This document shows, piece after piece, positions 46,626 to 56,458 of a stretch of DNA of 64,000 bases; the stretch's first letter is position 1; the number at the start of each line of letters is the position of its first letter. Both the position numbers and the translations under genes were made by a program. This stretch comes from Candidatus Rifleibacteriota bacterium (GTDB taxonomy: Bacteria > Muiribacteriota > Ozemobacteria > Ozemobacterales > Ozemobacteraceae). The notes under the pieces were generated by a model. That model saw nothing but the letters and a program-made list of their open reading frames with translations, was not told the DNA's origin and searched no databases. The stretch lies in contig JADFYG010000010.1 of the NCBI GenBank assembly GCA_015233155.1, positions 34,507 through 98,506 of the forward strand. The letters run 5' to 3'.

Positions 46626-49600
46626 CTATAATATATTCTTCATCACCCGCATAAGAAACTCGACGATCTCATCAACGCTGACGAATACCACCGGAATATA
46701 CGTCAAAGTCAGTATGGTGGAACACGTCATTCCACCCATGACCGTTATTGCAAGAGGCTGATAGAAATCAGATCCGGCTCCGATGCCAAGCGCGAGAGGC
46801 AACAGACCCAGCACTGTGCAAAGTGCGGTCATGAGAATTGGCCGCAGACGCACAGCTCCGGAATCAAGCGCGGCCGTAATGCGGTCACTGCCTTCCGTTG
46901 TCCGCCGGACGATGATATTATCAACCAGTATGATTCCGTTTGAAACCACGATGCCGGCCAACATAATTATACCGATCATGGCAGTTATCGAGAACGCAAA
47001 GCCAAATATGCGCAGGAATAAAATAACGCCAATAATCGAGAGCGGAATAGTAAACATGATCGTGAACGGATAAGAAAATGATTCGAACTGCGCAGCCATG
47101 ATCATGTAGACCAGAAGAATCGATGCCACCAGCGCAAGAGCAAGATATCCGAACGACTCGGTCATTTCTTCCTGTTCGCCGCCAAAACCGATCTCATAAC
47201 CGACAGGCAGTTTCATATCCTTGATTATGGCCTTGATGTCGGTAATGACTTCCTGCATGGCACGGCCTTCGACATCAGCCTGCACTTTGATCAGACGCTT
47301 CATATTCTTGCGTTCGATGCGCGTATAACCAAATCCTTCATATACGCGGCCCAGTTGGGACATCGTTACCGTTCGTCCTCCATCAACCGCCACTTCGAGT
47401 TTTCGGAATGCATCGATTCGGTTCTTGTAAATATCGTCCGCCTCGACGCGAATGTCGTATTCTTCATTATTCTCTTTGTACAGGCCTGCAATCTGGCCAT
47501 AAACATATGCGCGAACCGTTCCGGCAAAACGCCCCATTTCAAGCCCCATGTCGCCCATGCGGGCCCGGTCAAATTCGACTTTAATCTCCGGCCGCCCCTT
47601 TTTGACGCCGCTGTCAAGATCCTTCAACCCTTTAACATTTTTTATTCGCCCGGCCACATCGAGACAGATATTTTCTATGACCGAAAAATCGTCACCGGAT
47701 ACCTCGATCTGAACGGGTTTTCCATCGTTGGAACCGCCCATCTTGGCTTCGCCGAAAGTGACTGTTCGATAACCTGGAATTGTGGCAATCAACGGTCTTA
47801 TAGTCTGAATGATCTGGTTCGTTGTACGAGTTCGTGTTTCCTTGGGACTCAAAACAACCGACAAACTCCCCTCCCCCAGTTTCAGATCTGTGATGATTTT
47901 TTTTACTTCGGGAATGCCCTTCAGAATCTTTTCCATGGCCGCCGCAATATCGTCGATCTTTTCGACGGCTGTGCCTTCCGGCGCTTCGAATTTCAGAACG
48001 AAGGCCCCACGGTCCATTTTCGGAAAGAACTCCATGGGTGGCGCGTAGCTGAGACTCTTGTAGCAGACGAACATCAATCCTGTGATGTATATCCATCTGC
48101 GAATGCGGCTTCGCAGAATCCAGCCCAGGATGCCGCGATAAACAGTGCGGATAAGGTGCATGAGCGGTTCGGACGGTTCTCTCGTAATACGCAGCGTATA
48201 CGCGGAAAGCATCGGAACCATTATGACGGCGACCAACAGAGAAGCCAGCATGGAAAAAACGATCGCAAGGGACATACTGAAAAACATCTGCCCGACGAAA
48301 CCCGGAACGAAGCCGATCGGCAGGAAAACGGCGCAGTGAGTGAAAGTGGTCGCGGAGATGGCGAGCATTACTTCATTCGCGCCTTTTATCGAACATTCGA
48401 CGCGATCCTTCCCGCCCGTCAGACTCAGGTGACGATAAATGTTCTCGATGACAACAATGGCGTTATCGACAATCATGCCGACGCCCAGCGCAAGACCGCC
48501 GAGCGTCAGAAGATTCAAGGTAAGCCCGCCCCACAGATACATGAATGCAAAGGTCATGATTATGGCCAGCGGAATGCTCAACCCGATGACGATGGTCGAT
48601 CTTACATTTTTCAAAAACAGGAAGATCACGATGACCGTAAGAATCGAGCCCAGCAAGGCGTTTTCCTTAACCATCGCAATCGAGTCGGCGATAAACTCGG
48701 ACTCATCTTTCGCTATAGTGAGCTGAATTTTTCCCTGATACTGCGCCTCCAGTTTCGGTAGCAGTTTTTTCGCCGCCTTCGATATGGTCACCGGATTCGC
48801 GCCCGGCTCCTTCTTGATCTGCATGGACACGGCCGGCGCCAGGTTCAAACGTGAAACTGATTCTATTTCCTTGAAGGAATCCTCGATGCGAGCGAGCTCG
48901 GAAAGATACACCGGGCGCCCGTTAACAGTCCGGACATTTATTCCGCCAAGCTGAGTCGGCGATTTCACTTCCCCCTCACTGCGCAAAAGATACTTGAAAC
49001 TGCCTTCAGTGATGTTTCCGACAGGCGTATTCATGTTGTCGGACGAAATTGCCGCTATGACGTCATTTATCGTAAAACCATATGCTTTGAGCCTGTCCGG
49101 AAATACTTTTACGCGGATTTCGCGCTCCAGACCACCGAATACTTCTACATTCGCAACACCAGGCAGACGTTCAAAAGCGGGTTTTATCTCTTTATCAGCG
49201 ATTCGTCTCAATGTTTTCAGATCGATGCTTCCGCCCAGGGAAATATTCAGTACCGGCTGCGCATTGATGTCCAGCTTCGCAACCGTTATCTGCTCCATGT
49301 CCCGGGGCAGCTTTCGCTTGGCGACATCGACCTTCTCGCGCAGATCGATAGATGCGAGATCAATCTTGGTGCCCCAGTTGAATTCGACCATGATCCATGA
49401 AAAGCCCTCGAACGAATATGAAGTCAGCTTCTTTATATTCTCGACCGTATTGACTTCCTCTTCGATCTTGCGCGTGACGATATTCTCCATCTCAGCCGGA
49501 TCGACACCAGGATATGGCGACTGAATGAATGCCAGCGGAAAATCAATGTTCGGAAGCAAATCGATGCTGAAAGTAGTGAACGCAACCAGCCCAGCCAGGA

Positions 49601-49664
49601 CGAGGGCTGCGGTGATCATGAGAACCGTAACTGGTTTCTCGACGGAAAAACGCGGCAAATCCAT
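46626..49664 (-). CDS. RND efflux permease
   Basis: YPGVDPAEME, GMIVDNAIVVIENI, GIVVSNGIILVD, RLRPILMT. Confidence 0.95.
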   Translation of the reverse strand: MDLPRFSVEKPVTVLMITAALVLAGLVAFTTFSIDLLPNIDFPLAFIQSPYPGVDPAEMENIVTRKIEEEVNTVENIKKLTSYSFEGFSWIMVEFNWGTKIDLASIDLREKVDVAKRKLPRDMEQITVAKLDINAQPVLNISLGGSIDLKTLRRIADKEIKPAFERLPGVANVEVFGGLEREIRVKVFPDRLKAYGFTINDVIAAISSDNMNTPVGNITEGSFKYLLRSEGEVKSPTQLGGINVRTVNGRPVYLSELARIEDSFKEIESVSRLNLAPAVSMQIKKEPGANPVTISKAAKKLLPKLEAQYQGKIQLTIAKDESEFIADSIAMVKENALLGSILTVIVIFLFLKNVRSTIVIGLSIPLAIIMTFAFMYLWGGLTLNLLTLGGLALGVGMIVDNAIVVIENIYRHLSLTGGKDRVECSIKGANEVMLAISATTFTHCAVFLPIGFVPGFVGQMFFSMSLAIVFSMLASLLVAVIMVPMLSAYTLRITREPSEPLMHLIRTVYRGILGWILRSRIRRWIYITGLMFVCYKSLSYAPPMEFFPKMDRGAFVLKFEAPEGTAVEKIDDIAAAMEKILKGIPEVKKIITDLKLGEGSLSVVLSPKETRTRTTNQIIQTIRPLIATIPGYRTVTFGEAKMGGSNDGKPVQIEVSGDDFSVIENICLDVAGRIKNVKGLKDLDSGVKKGRPEIKVEFDRARMGDMGLEMGRFAGTVRAYVYGQIAGLYKENNEEYDIRVEADDIYKNRIDAFRKLEVAVDGGRTVTMSQLGRVYEGFGYTRIERKNMKRLIKVQADVEGRAMQEVITDIKAIIKDMKLPVGYEIGFGGEQEEMTESFGYLALALVASILLVYMIMAAQFESFSYPFTIMFTIPLSIIGVILFLRIFGFAFSITAMIGIIMLAGIVVSNGIILVDNIIVRRTTEGSDRITAALDSGAVRLRPILMTALCTVLGLLPLALGIGAGSDFYQPLAITVMGGMTCSTILTLTYIPVVFVSVDEIVEFLMRVMKNIL

Positions 49665-49701
49665 GAATGCGATAATCCTTATTCTGACCGGAAACTAATA
49701 C

Positions 49702-50928
49702 TCAGCGAGAGGCAGCCCCGGATGCCGACTCTGCTTTTACGGCGGGCGTTTCTGAAGCAGCGGGCGCGGAAGGCGTCGGCGCGAGTGTGGTGGTTGTCCC
49801 CGAAGCCGCGGCGGGGCTTTCCGCCTGCTCGACCACTGTGACATCGGCGCCGTCAGCAACTGCGCTGACTCCGACAACAACCAGTTGTTGTCCGGCTTCA
49901 ACGCCTTTCACGCAAGCGAATTCAGCTTGACGGGCAACTATTTCTATCGGTTTTTCCACGGCTTTTCCATTTTCGACGATGAAAACCGCAGGGCGATCAG
50001 CAGTCCCGGCGACGGCGGAAACAGGGACAATAGGAACGCCGCTGTACTGACCTGCCGTGAGATCGCCCTTCACGAACATGTTGGGCTTTAATGTGCCATC
50101 AGTGTTGTCTACAAGAATTCTTATAAGGAAGGAACGAGATTCATCGCCATAGACATTGATGAATGCGACATGACCATGAGCCCCGCTTTCGAGACGGCAT
50201 AGCTGATCAATTTTTACGCGATTGATGCGATTCTCCGGTATTTTCGCCTCGACGTATATTTTATTCAGCGCAACGACCTTACCGAGAAGCATTCCGGGCT
50301 GGACTGATTGCCCCAAAAACACGTTGCGATTGACAAACACGCCTGTAATCTGTGCGCGGATCGTAGCGCGTTCGAGGTTGAGCTTGTCGAGAACGAGCGT
50401 CTGCTGAGCGGACTTCAGGGAGTTGTTTGCCTGGATGAAATCCGTTTCGGATTCATCATAAGCTTTCTCGTTCAACACCTTCTTTTCCAGAAGAATCCGG
50501 CGTCGATCGAAATCCTTGGTCTTGTTTTTTACTTCCTGCTCGGCGCGCTTGACGCCTATTTCACTCTGTTGAACGGCCAGGTCGAGACGTGCATGCTCGA
50601 GAACGATCATGGGTTCGCCTGCCTTGACCGACTTGCCGTTTTCAACGAGAATCTTGTCGACGCGCCCTCCCACATCAGGTGTTACATGGCTTTCTTCAAA
50701 AGGCCTGATTTCGCCCGAAAAAGGAATCATTTCTGTCAAATCCCCATTTCGAATGAGTTTTATGGCCACGCTCGTTGCCGCTGAGACATTTTGTGTAATC
50801 GCTGAAAACGCAATAATGATAGTAAGCATCAAAAATGCCGAAAAAGAAAAATGCATGTTTTCTCCATCCGGGCGACTGATCACTCGCCTCTGCGATTTAT
50901 TCATCACCTGTTTTCCGACGAGGTGCAC
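49702..50928 (-). CDS. RND periplasmic adaptor subunit
   Basis: DVGGRV.KILV.NG..VKAG, IRAQITG, LKPNMFV, VPVSAV; Ala/Pro-rich tail; true start may be further downstream. Confidence 0.88.
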   Translation of the reverse strand: MHLVGKQVMNKSQRRVISRPDGENMHFSFSAFLMLTIIIAFSAITQNVSAATSVAIKLIRNGDLTEMIPFSGEIRPFEESHVTPDVGGRVDKILVENGKSVKAGEPMIVLEHARLDLAVQQSEIGVKRAEQEVKNKTKDFDRRRILLEKKVLNEKAYDESETDFIQANNSLKSAQQTLVLDKLNLERATIRAQITGVFVNRNVFLGQSVQPGMLLGKVVALNKIYVEAKIPENRINRVKIDQLCRLESGAHGHVAFINVYGDESRSFLIRILVDNTDGTLKPNMFVKGDLTAGQYSGVPIVPVSAVAGTADRPAVFIVENGKAVEKPIEIVARQAEFACVKGVEAGQQLVVVGVSAVADGADVTVVEQAESPAAASGTTTTLAPTPSAPAASETPAVKAESASGAASR

Positions 50929-51213
50929 AATTCATCTGACACAATTTCCTATTATCCGGCTAAATTATTTTCGTCTGCGTAGACTATCATAAAATCAAGG
51001 GTTTCCAAAGACAAATATAGTATTCGTCACACAAGAAGCCGCAGAGACGCAGAGTCATGGAGGCTGAACATTAACACTTGACTCGAAAAAAGAGGGGGTG
51101 ATAACCTTAGACAAGAAATAAGAAATTCCTAGAGATGAGCAAAAAAGAAATTCCTATTCAATTCAATTTAGTCGCCTCTTTGGTTTAGAATCACTCTTCA
51201 AGGGAGGTCCATC

Positions 51214-53082
51214 GTGAAATCGCTTCTGAGGCTCCTTCTGATTGTCATGCCCGTGTGTGTTGTTCTGCTTTTGCCCGGATGTCAGCAAAATCCTATTGCC
51301 CATACCGATTCTGACCAGTCAGGGCAGGCCCAAATAGACAGTCCCAACGTAAACAAGTCAATACAGCGTGCTGCGATCGCTGAATTCAGGGCAAGTGATT
51401 TTTGGGGCCCCTGGAATCAAGTGAGTTATTTCAAAAATTCTTCGAACAATAACATCATACAATACTCTAGAATTCTCTATTCCTTCGATGCAAACGGTTC
51501 TGTAGCTTATCAGACATACCAGGAAAAAAATGGCATTGATGGTTACCAAACGGGTGATACCATCATGACTACCACAACCGGATCCTGGTCCTTTACGGGA
51601 CCGACAACTCTTACCCTCGTCTTTCATAATCAAGCTGCAATTTATCATGCTGCCATCAACCCTATGGGAGATTTGGAACTTACCCCGGAAATTAAAACAT
51701 ATAAAACCCTGATTTTAAATAGGTCGACCCTTAAGAGTATGCCTGTGGGGATTACATTGGCGACCTCAACCATCTCCCTTCCCGCAAACGGTTCTTGTTT
51801 GCTCGGGCTGATGGAGGTTCATGTCAACTATTCCGACAAGACGACCAAAACAGTTTCCAATGTGAACTGGGAGCTTAAAAACGGCGGTGGCACGATTATT
51901 AATGATGCTCCCGACCCCAAAACCACGCCGCTGCCTGGAGCTGGTTTTGGAGCCATTTTCAAGGCCCCGGCAAAACCTGGAAAGACTGTTTTGACTTGCG
52001 TATATTTCGAAAACGGCAAAACTTTTACCACTGCTTTGACGATCCACATTTTTGATCCTAAAACCCCACCGGTTCTCCCCTCCAACAGGATACTTTCGTC
52101 GATTATATTGACGAGCCCCACCCTTTCCCTTCCAGCGAATGGAACGTATTCGCTCAGCCAAATGACCGTGACCGCATATTATGTCGGCAAGTTTTCCCAG
52201 GTTGTTTCCAACATCACCTGGAGCATCAAGTCCGGGGGCGGTACGATATCGGTAACGAATCCCGGCTCCAATGTAAAATACCCGCCCGGAACGGTTTTGG
52301 GAACCATCTACACTGCCCCTGACCAAGCCGCAAATGTGATTTTAACATGTTCTTACACGGAAATGGGCGTGACCCAAACCGTCGATCTGGCGGTCATTGT
52401 AGCCCCTCCCATTGTTGCATCGAAAGCTCTCAGCGGGATTTCATTACTTCAGAATGCGATTTCTGTTCCCGCCGACCAATCCTATCCCATGGCGAATGTA
52501 ACCGTTATCGCCAATTATTCCGACAAGACAACACAAACGATTAACAATGCCGTATGGTGCGTAAAATCGGGAGAAGGCACGCTATCACCGCCAATATTGG
52601 CGGTCCCAGTGGTCCAATCGATAGACCCTACGCTTACCAAATTGCCGGCCGCCCCAGCGCCTGCTGACACTCAAGCTGCCCCGCTTCCGGCCAAAGCTGC
52701 AACGGGCGATCCAACAGTATTCACCGCCCCCGCAAATACCGGAATCACCGTTTTAACATGCACATATTCTGAAAATGGCGTTTCCCAGACGTGTGAGTTG
52801 ACGATAACCATTGTGAAAAGACTCGTAAGCCTTTCTTTGAATCCCGCATCGATTTCTGTTCCTGCCAATGGGACCTTTTCCTATGACAAAATTACCGTTA
52901 CCGCCTGTTATTCCGACAACACAACGCAAAATGTCACCAATGTCACTTGGGGCAAACCGCTGACGGGCCAGGATAATTTGATATTCATGGCTCCTGCAAA
53001 TCCGGGCTCCTACATAATGCCATGCACCTACTTCGAAAATACCCAGAGTGTGAGAAGTGATTTGACAATAACGGTTAATTAA
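51214..53082 (+). CDS. Lipoprotein with four Ig-like repeats
   Basis: Lipobox LPGC; four repeats of IS.PAN...V...YSD.T...V.W...F.AP..G..LTC.Y.ENG...LTI; RBS ggagg. Confidence 0.75.
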   Translation: MKSLLRLLLIVMPVCVVLLLPGCQQNPIAHTDSDQSGQAQIDSPNVNKSIQRAAIAEFRASDFWGPWNQVSYFKNSSNNNIIQYSRILYSFDANGSVAYQTYQEKNGIDGYQTGDTIMTTTTGSWSFTGPTTLTLVFHNQAAIYHAAINPMGDLELTPEIKTYKTLILNRSTLKSMPVGITLATSTISLPANGSCLLGLMEVHVNYSDKTTKTVSNVNWELKNGGGTIINDAPDPKTTPLPGAGFGAIFKAPAKPGKTVLTCVYFENGKTFTTALTIHIFDPKTPPVLPSNRILSSIILTSPTLSLPANGTYSLSQMTVTAYYVGKFSQVVSNITWSIKSGGGTISVTNPGSNVKYPPGTVLGTIYTAPDQAANVILTCSYTEMGVTQTVDLAVIVAPPIVASKALSGISLLQNAISVPADQSYPMANVTVIANYSDKTTQTINNAVWCVKSGEGTLSPPILAVPVVQSIDPTLTKLPAAPAPADTQAAPLPAKAATGDPTVFTAPANTGITVLTCTYSENGVSQTCELTITIVKRLVSLSLNPASISVPANGTFSYDKITVTACYSDNTTQNVTNVTWGKPLTGQDNLIFMAPANPGSYIMPCTYFENTQSVRSDLTITVN

Positions 53083-53131
53083 ACCATTCCCTGACAAGTT
53101 ATTCCAGGTTTCTCTTTCAGAAAGAGAAATG

Positions 53132-53153
53132 AGCGGGCCGCTAGCGGCCCGCT
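53132..53153. terminator. Palindromic hairpin after the lipoprotein gene
   Basis: agcgggccgctagcggcccgct followed by ttcatt. Confidence 0.6.
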
Positions 53154-53356
53154 TTCATTGTAAGTGTGACTATCCGGGCCGATATTCCGCTGGAAGGAAT
53201 ACACGGCAGACTTGGATGAAAGGCTAAACATCTGCACAGTCAGATTCACCAGGGAAACTATCGGGCAACTTCTGTGCTGCGTAAATAAAGACTTCCTAAT
53301 ATGTTTTCCGATCTGAGGAATTTTGGCTTCGTATTTCGTCGCGCTTTTTATCGCGG

Positions 53357-53472
53357 TAGGGCAAACCCATTAAAATTATCTGTAATTTTCGGCCTTACAG
53401 TGATTTCGGATGGCCATTTCTTCACATCGTCGGTGGTCGTCACGCCGACGAACTTTTAATGCGTTTGCCCTC
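53357..53472. mobile_element. MITE-like element F (type Y TIRs, no REP core)
   Basis: tagggcaaacccattaaaa...ttttaatgcgtttgccctc. Confidence 0.65.
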
Positions 53473-54156
53473 TCAGGAGAGACCGTTGTCGTTCTTGAAC
53501 TGTACAAGAAAATCACTCACGGAATTTCCCGTCTGCTGCTGTTGAAGGCCTGTATTGAGCGCGGTAATCAGATCCGTTGCATTTCCCGACGTCAAGTCGT
53601 TGTTCAATATTTGATTATAAGTATTGTAGAGGCTGGCAAGATTATCGCTGAGCTTAACTTGAGAGCCTGCATAATCGGCTTTATTAACGGAATCGACTGA
53701 AGTGTTCAACTGATTAACGGCATCTGATCCAAGGCCCTGGTATAATGAATTCACCAGGTTGTTGAAGGTCACTGTTCCATTTTCAGCCTGGCCTGAGTTC
53801 AAGTTGCCATTGGTGGATAACACGTTATTGAAGGTCGAAGGGTCGCTTTGAGCCATTTGGGAAATATTGGTAATAAAATTGATGGTTTGCATGGGATCAG
53901 GATTATTTAAGGCATTCATCATGGTCGATTGAAAATCCTGCATAGTCTGACTGTTGCCCGAAGCCTGCGCCGCCTGGTAACTCGCATTGATTTTTGTCGC
54001 AAGATCAGAGATGCTGGCAATTGCCGTCTGGGAGTTTGCAGCATTGGACAACAGTTCAGTAGTTGCATCCTGGGTCGTATTCAGCACGTTAAGAACTGAA
54101 GAGCTGCTCTGAAGTTGCATTAGAATTGTATTTATATTGATGGGATTAATTGCCAT
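53473..54156 (-). CDS. Asn/Gln/Ser/Thr-rich hypothetical protein
   Basis: 227-aa ORF with gggag RBS; strongly biased composition. Confidence 0.7.
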   Translation of the reverse strand: MAINPININTILMQLQSSSSVLNVLNTTQDATTELLSNAANSQTAIASISDLATKINASYQAAQASGNSQTMQDFQSTMMNALNNPDPMQTINFITNISQMAQSDPSTFNNVLSTNGNLNSGQAENGTVTFNNLVNSLYQGLGSDAVNQLNTSVDSVNKADYAGSQVKLSDNLASLYNTYNQILNNDLTSGNATDLITALNTGLQQQQTGNSVSDFLVQFKNDNGLS

Positions 54157-54242
54157 TTGGCTTTCTCCCTTTATATTATTTCATGGACCTCACACATATA
54201 TACTTGTGAGGTGCCTGCAAGATTCTCTAAACATCACGCACT

Positions 54243-54266
54243 GGCGGGTTTGAAACCCGCCCCTAC
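54243..54266 (-). repeat. Single GTAG-type REP
   Basis: ggcgggtttgaaacccgcccctac, matches 19335-19358. Confidence 0.8.
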
Positions 54267-54447
54267 AAACGGCCGATGCGAATTCACTCATGATCGCCAC
54301 ATAATTTTGCAAGTTGCTCTTGTCTATAATTTATGTACAACTGATGAATAAAGCAATATGAAGAAATATTAAGCCGTCGCGAAGCGGATGAAGCGCTGAC
54401 TGACTATTTATCATCCGTGCAACCGACAAAATTAGTGCGTTTGCCCT

Positions 54448-54623
54448 CAGGGCAAACGCATTAAAAACTCAGGAATGGTCTATAACACGGCTCTCGACAC
54501 TGCGAAGTGCCCGCAAGGGCGAAACTATGATATGGTAGGGCGTGACCGCCGGGCACGCCGAAGCGCAAAGCGGCGCGCCCGGCGGTCGCGCCCTACCACA
54601 GAACTTTTAGTGCGTTTGCCCTG
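54448..54623 (+). mobile_element. MITE-like element E (type Y TIRs) with REP pair; abuts a lone type Y end at 54432-54447
   Basis: cagggcaaacgcattaaaa...ttttagtgcgtttgccctg; core nearly identical to element D. Confidence 0.8.
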
Positions 54624-54674
54624 GTCCGTTTGATTTTCGTTGAAGGCTCAAAGCAGAACGGGTATAGTGCATGA

Positions 54675-56213
54675 ATGGAAGAAGTCTCCTCTTTAACGAA
54701 GCGACTCTCAATGGCCGATTCAGCTGACTTTAACGTCGATGATGCGGATGTTCCGGCACTGCGGGATATCCTGGCACGCATTGCTGCCACCGGCTACTCG
54801 GAGAGCGCAGTCAGCGAGCGCCTGAGTCTGAAAGATATCAATGATCTCCAGATGCGGGCGCTGCCGATCTATCGCACGGAGTGCCTGAGCGCACGAACAT
54901 CGCTCGACACTGCAATCGACCTGTTCCTGTTGCAAGGCACCATCCGGGTCGAGGAACTGGACGGGTTGTTTTGCAGGAGGGACCGCGATGTCATGCTGCG
55001 CGCGAAGATACTGAGTATCGACTCTTTCGGCTCGGTCCGGGCTAATGTATCGCTTTACCCTGTAAGAGACCACTTGGTATTCTCGGATCATGCCTGGCCA
55101 CAGCTTTTCAACGCAGAATACTCCACGGTTCCTTATGACCAGGTCATGTTCGTAGGCACTGACAGTCGTTGGCTTGCGCGGGCCACAGTCCGCCAGCCTG
55201 TGCGTACTGCACTTGATCTTTGCACGGGCTCCGGAATCCAGGCGCTGCTGGCAGCAACCCATGCCCGGCGGGCTGTAGCCGTGGATATTAATCTTCGGGC
55301 AGTTTGCTGTACAAAGTTCAACGCGAAAGTTTCGGGTTTTCACAATATTGAAGTGGTTGCGGGAGACCTCTTCGAACCCATTGGAAATGAGCTGTTCGAT
55401 CTCATCACGGCCAATCCACCGTTTGTGCCATCCCCCGTGGATGGGATCAGGTTCCGCGATGGGGGGCGTTCGGGCGAAGACGTCCAAAGACGAATCGTTG
55501 CAGGTCTACCGAGCCACCTGGCATCCGGCGGCACAGCGCAGCTCGTAACAGAATTCGGTGAGCGAAGTGGAGAACCCCTTACCGACCGTATCCGGCAGTG
55601 GTTAGGAGATGCACCCATGGACATCCACGTCGTCCGCTTGCGCACTCATTCTGCAGCCGCCTATGCAATTGGACATGCCACCGGTGACGATCCGGAGACA
55701 TTCCTGAAATCCGTGGAAGCCTGGGCCACTAATTTGAGAACGCAGGGAATTGTCCGGGTCGTCTCCGTGCTGGTTGCATTCCAGTGGAGTGACCCATCCC
55801 TCGGTTCCCCATGGAGCCGCGTGGACGAGGCCCTTCCACCTCGGCGCGATGCCGGCGCCGAGATTGAAACGGTGTTTGCAGCGGAGCGCACGGCACAAGA
55901 TCCACGGCTGCAAGAAAAGTTCCAAAGGTGCCGACTGATGCGCACCGGACCGATAACCCTGTTGGAAGGAGTCGTGCTGGGGAGTGAATTGCCACCAACC
56001 TGTCAGGCAACCCTTATGGGGCAAGCCCTATCGATAGATCACCGGCTCAATCATCTAGAACGGGATCTTCTCAAATTTCTGGATCATCAGATGGAGGGCC
56101 CGGCACTGCTGTCTGTCGCACAACAAGCCAGCATGTCTGAAGAAATCCTGTTCGGAACAATCCGGTCACTGCTTGGAAAAGGCTTGATTCGACTCATCGA
56201 TTCTGGTCTATAA
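54675..56213 (+). CDS. Class I SAM-dependent methyltransferase (HemK/MTS-like) with C-terminal winged-helix-like domain
   Basis: LDLCTGSGIQAL, VDIN.RAV, GDLFEP, ITANPPF. Confidence 0.85.
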   Translation: MEEVSSLTKRLSMADSADFNVDDADVPALRDILARIAATGYSESAVSERLSLKDINDLQMRALPIYRTECLSARTSLDTAIDLFLLQGTIRVEELDGLFCRRDRDVMLRAKILSIDSFGSVRANVSLYPVRDHLVFSDHAWPQLFNAEYSTVPYDQVMFVGTDSRWLARATVRQPVRTALDLCTGSGIQALLAATHARRAVAVDINLRAVCCTKFNAKVSGFHNIEVVAGDLFEPIGNELFDLITANPPFVPSPVDGIRFRDGGRSGEDVQRRIVAGLPSHLASGGTAQLVTEFGERSGEPLTDRIRQWLGDAPMDIHVVRLRTHSAAAYAIGHATGDDPETFLKSVEAWATNLRTQGIVRVVSVLVAFQWSDPSLGSPWSRVDEALPPRRDAGAEIETVFAAERTAQDPRLQEKFQRCRLMRTGPITLLEGVVLGSELPPTCQATLMGQALSIDHRLNHLERDLLKFLDHQMEGPALLSVAQQASMSEEILFGTIRSLLGKGLIRLIDSGL

Positions 56214-56323
56214 CACGGCTCTCGCCATTATATCTATGATATGGTGGGGCGCGACCGCCGAAGCGCAAAGCAGCGCGTCCGGCGGTCGCGCTCTACCACA
56301 GAACTTTTAATGCGTTTACCCTG
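56204..56323 (+). mobile_element. 5'-truncated MITE G overlapping the methyltransferase stop codon
   Basis: tggtctataacacggctctcg shared with element E; degenerate REP pair; ends ttttaatgcgtttaccctg. Confidence 0.7.
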
Positions 56324-56458
56324 CTTCACATTTCTTAATTTGTGTTTTTATGCAGTCAAGGCCATACTGTGATAGATAGGGCCTGTGCGTGTTTACAGGA
56401 CCCGACACAGCGCTGATCGTTTCTGATGGTCGGCGGATATTAACGGAGGCTATCACAT

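Noticed and set aside
47355-48761. 468-aa plus-strand ORF
   Set aside because: Lies wholly antisense to a clear RND permease and has no recognisable motifs; shadow ORF.
54720-55487. 255-aa minus-strand ORF (similarly 27933-28658)
   Set aside because: Antisense shadows of well-supported genes.
54448-56323. Integron cassette with attC sites
   Set aside because: Flanks match the dispersed MITE family, lack clear RYYYAAC/GTTRRRY ends, and no integrase is present.
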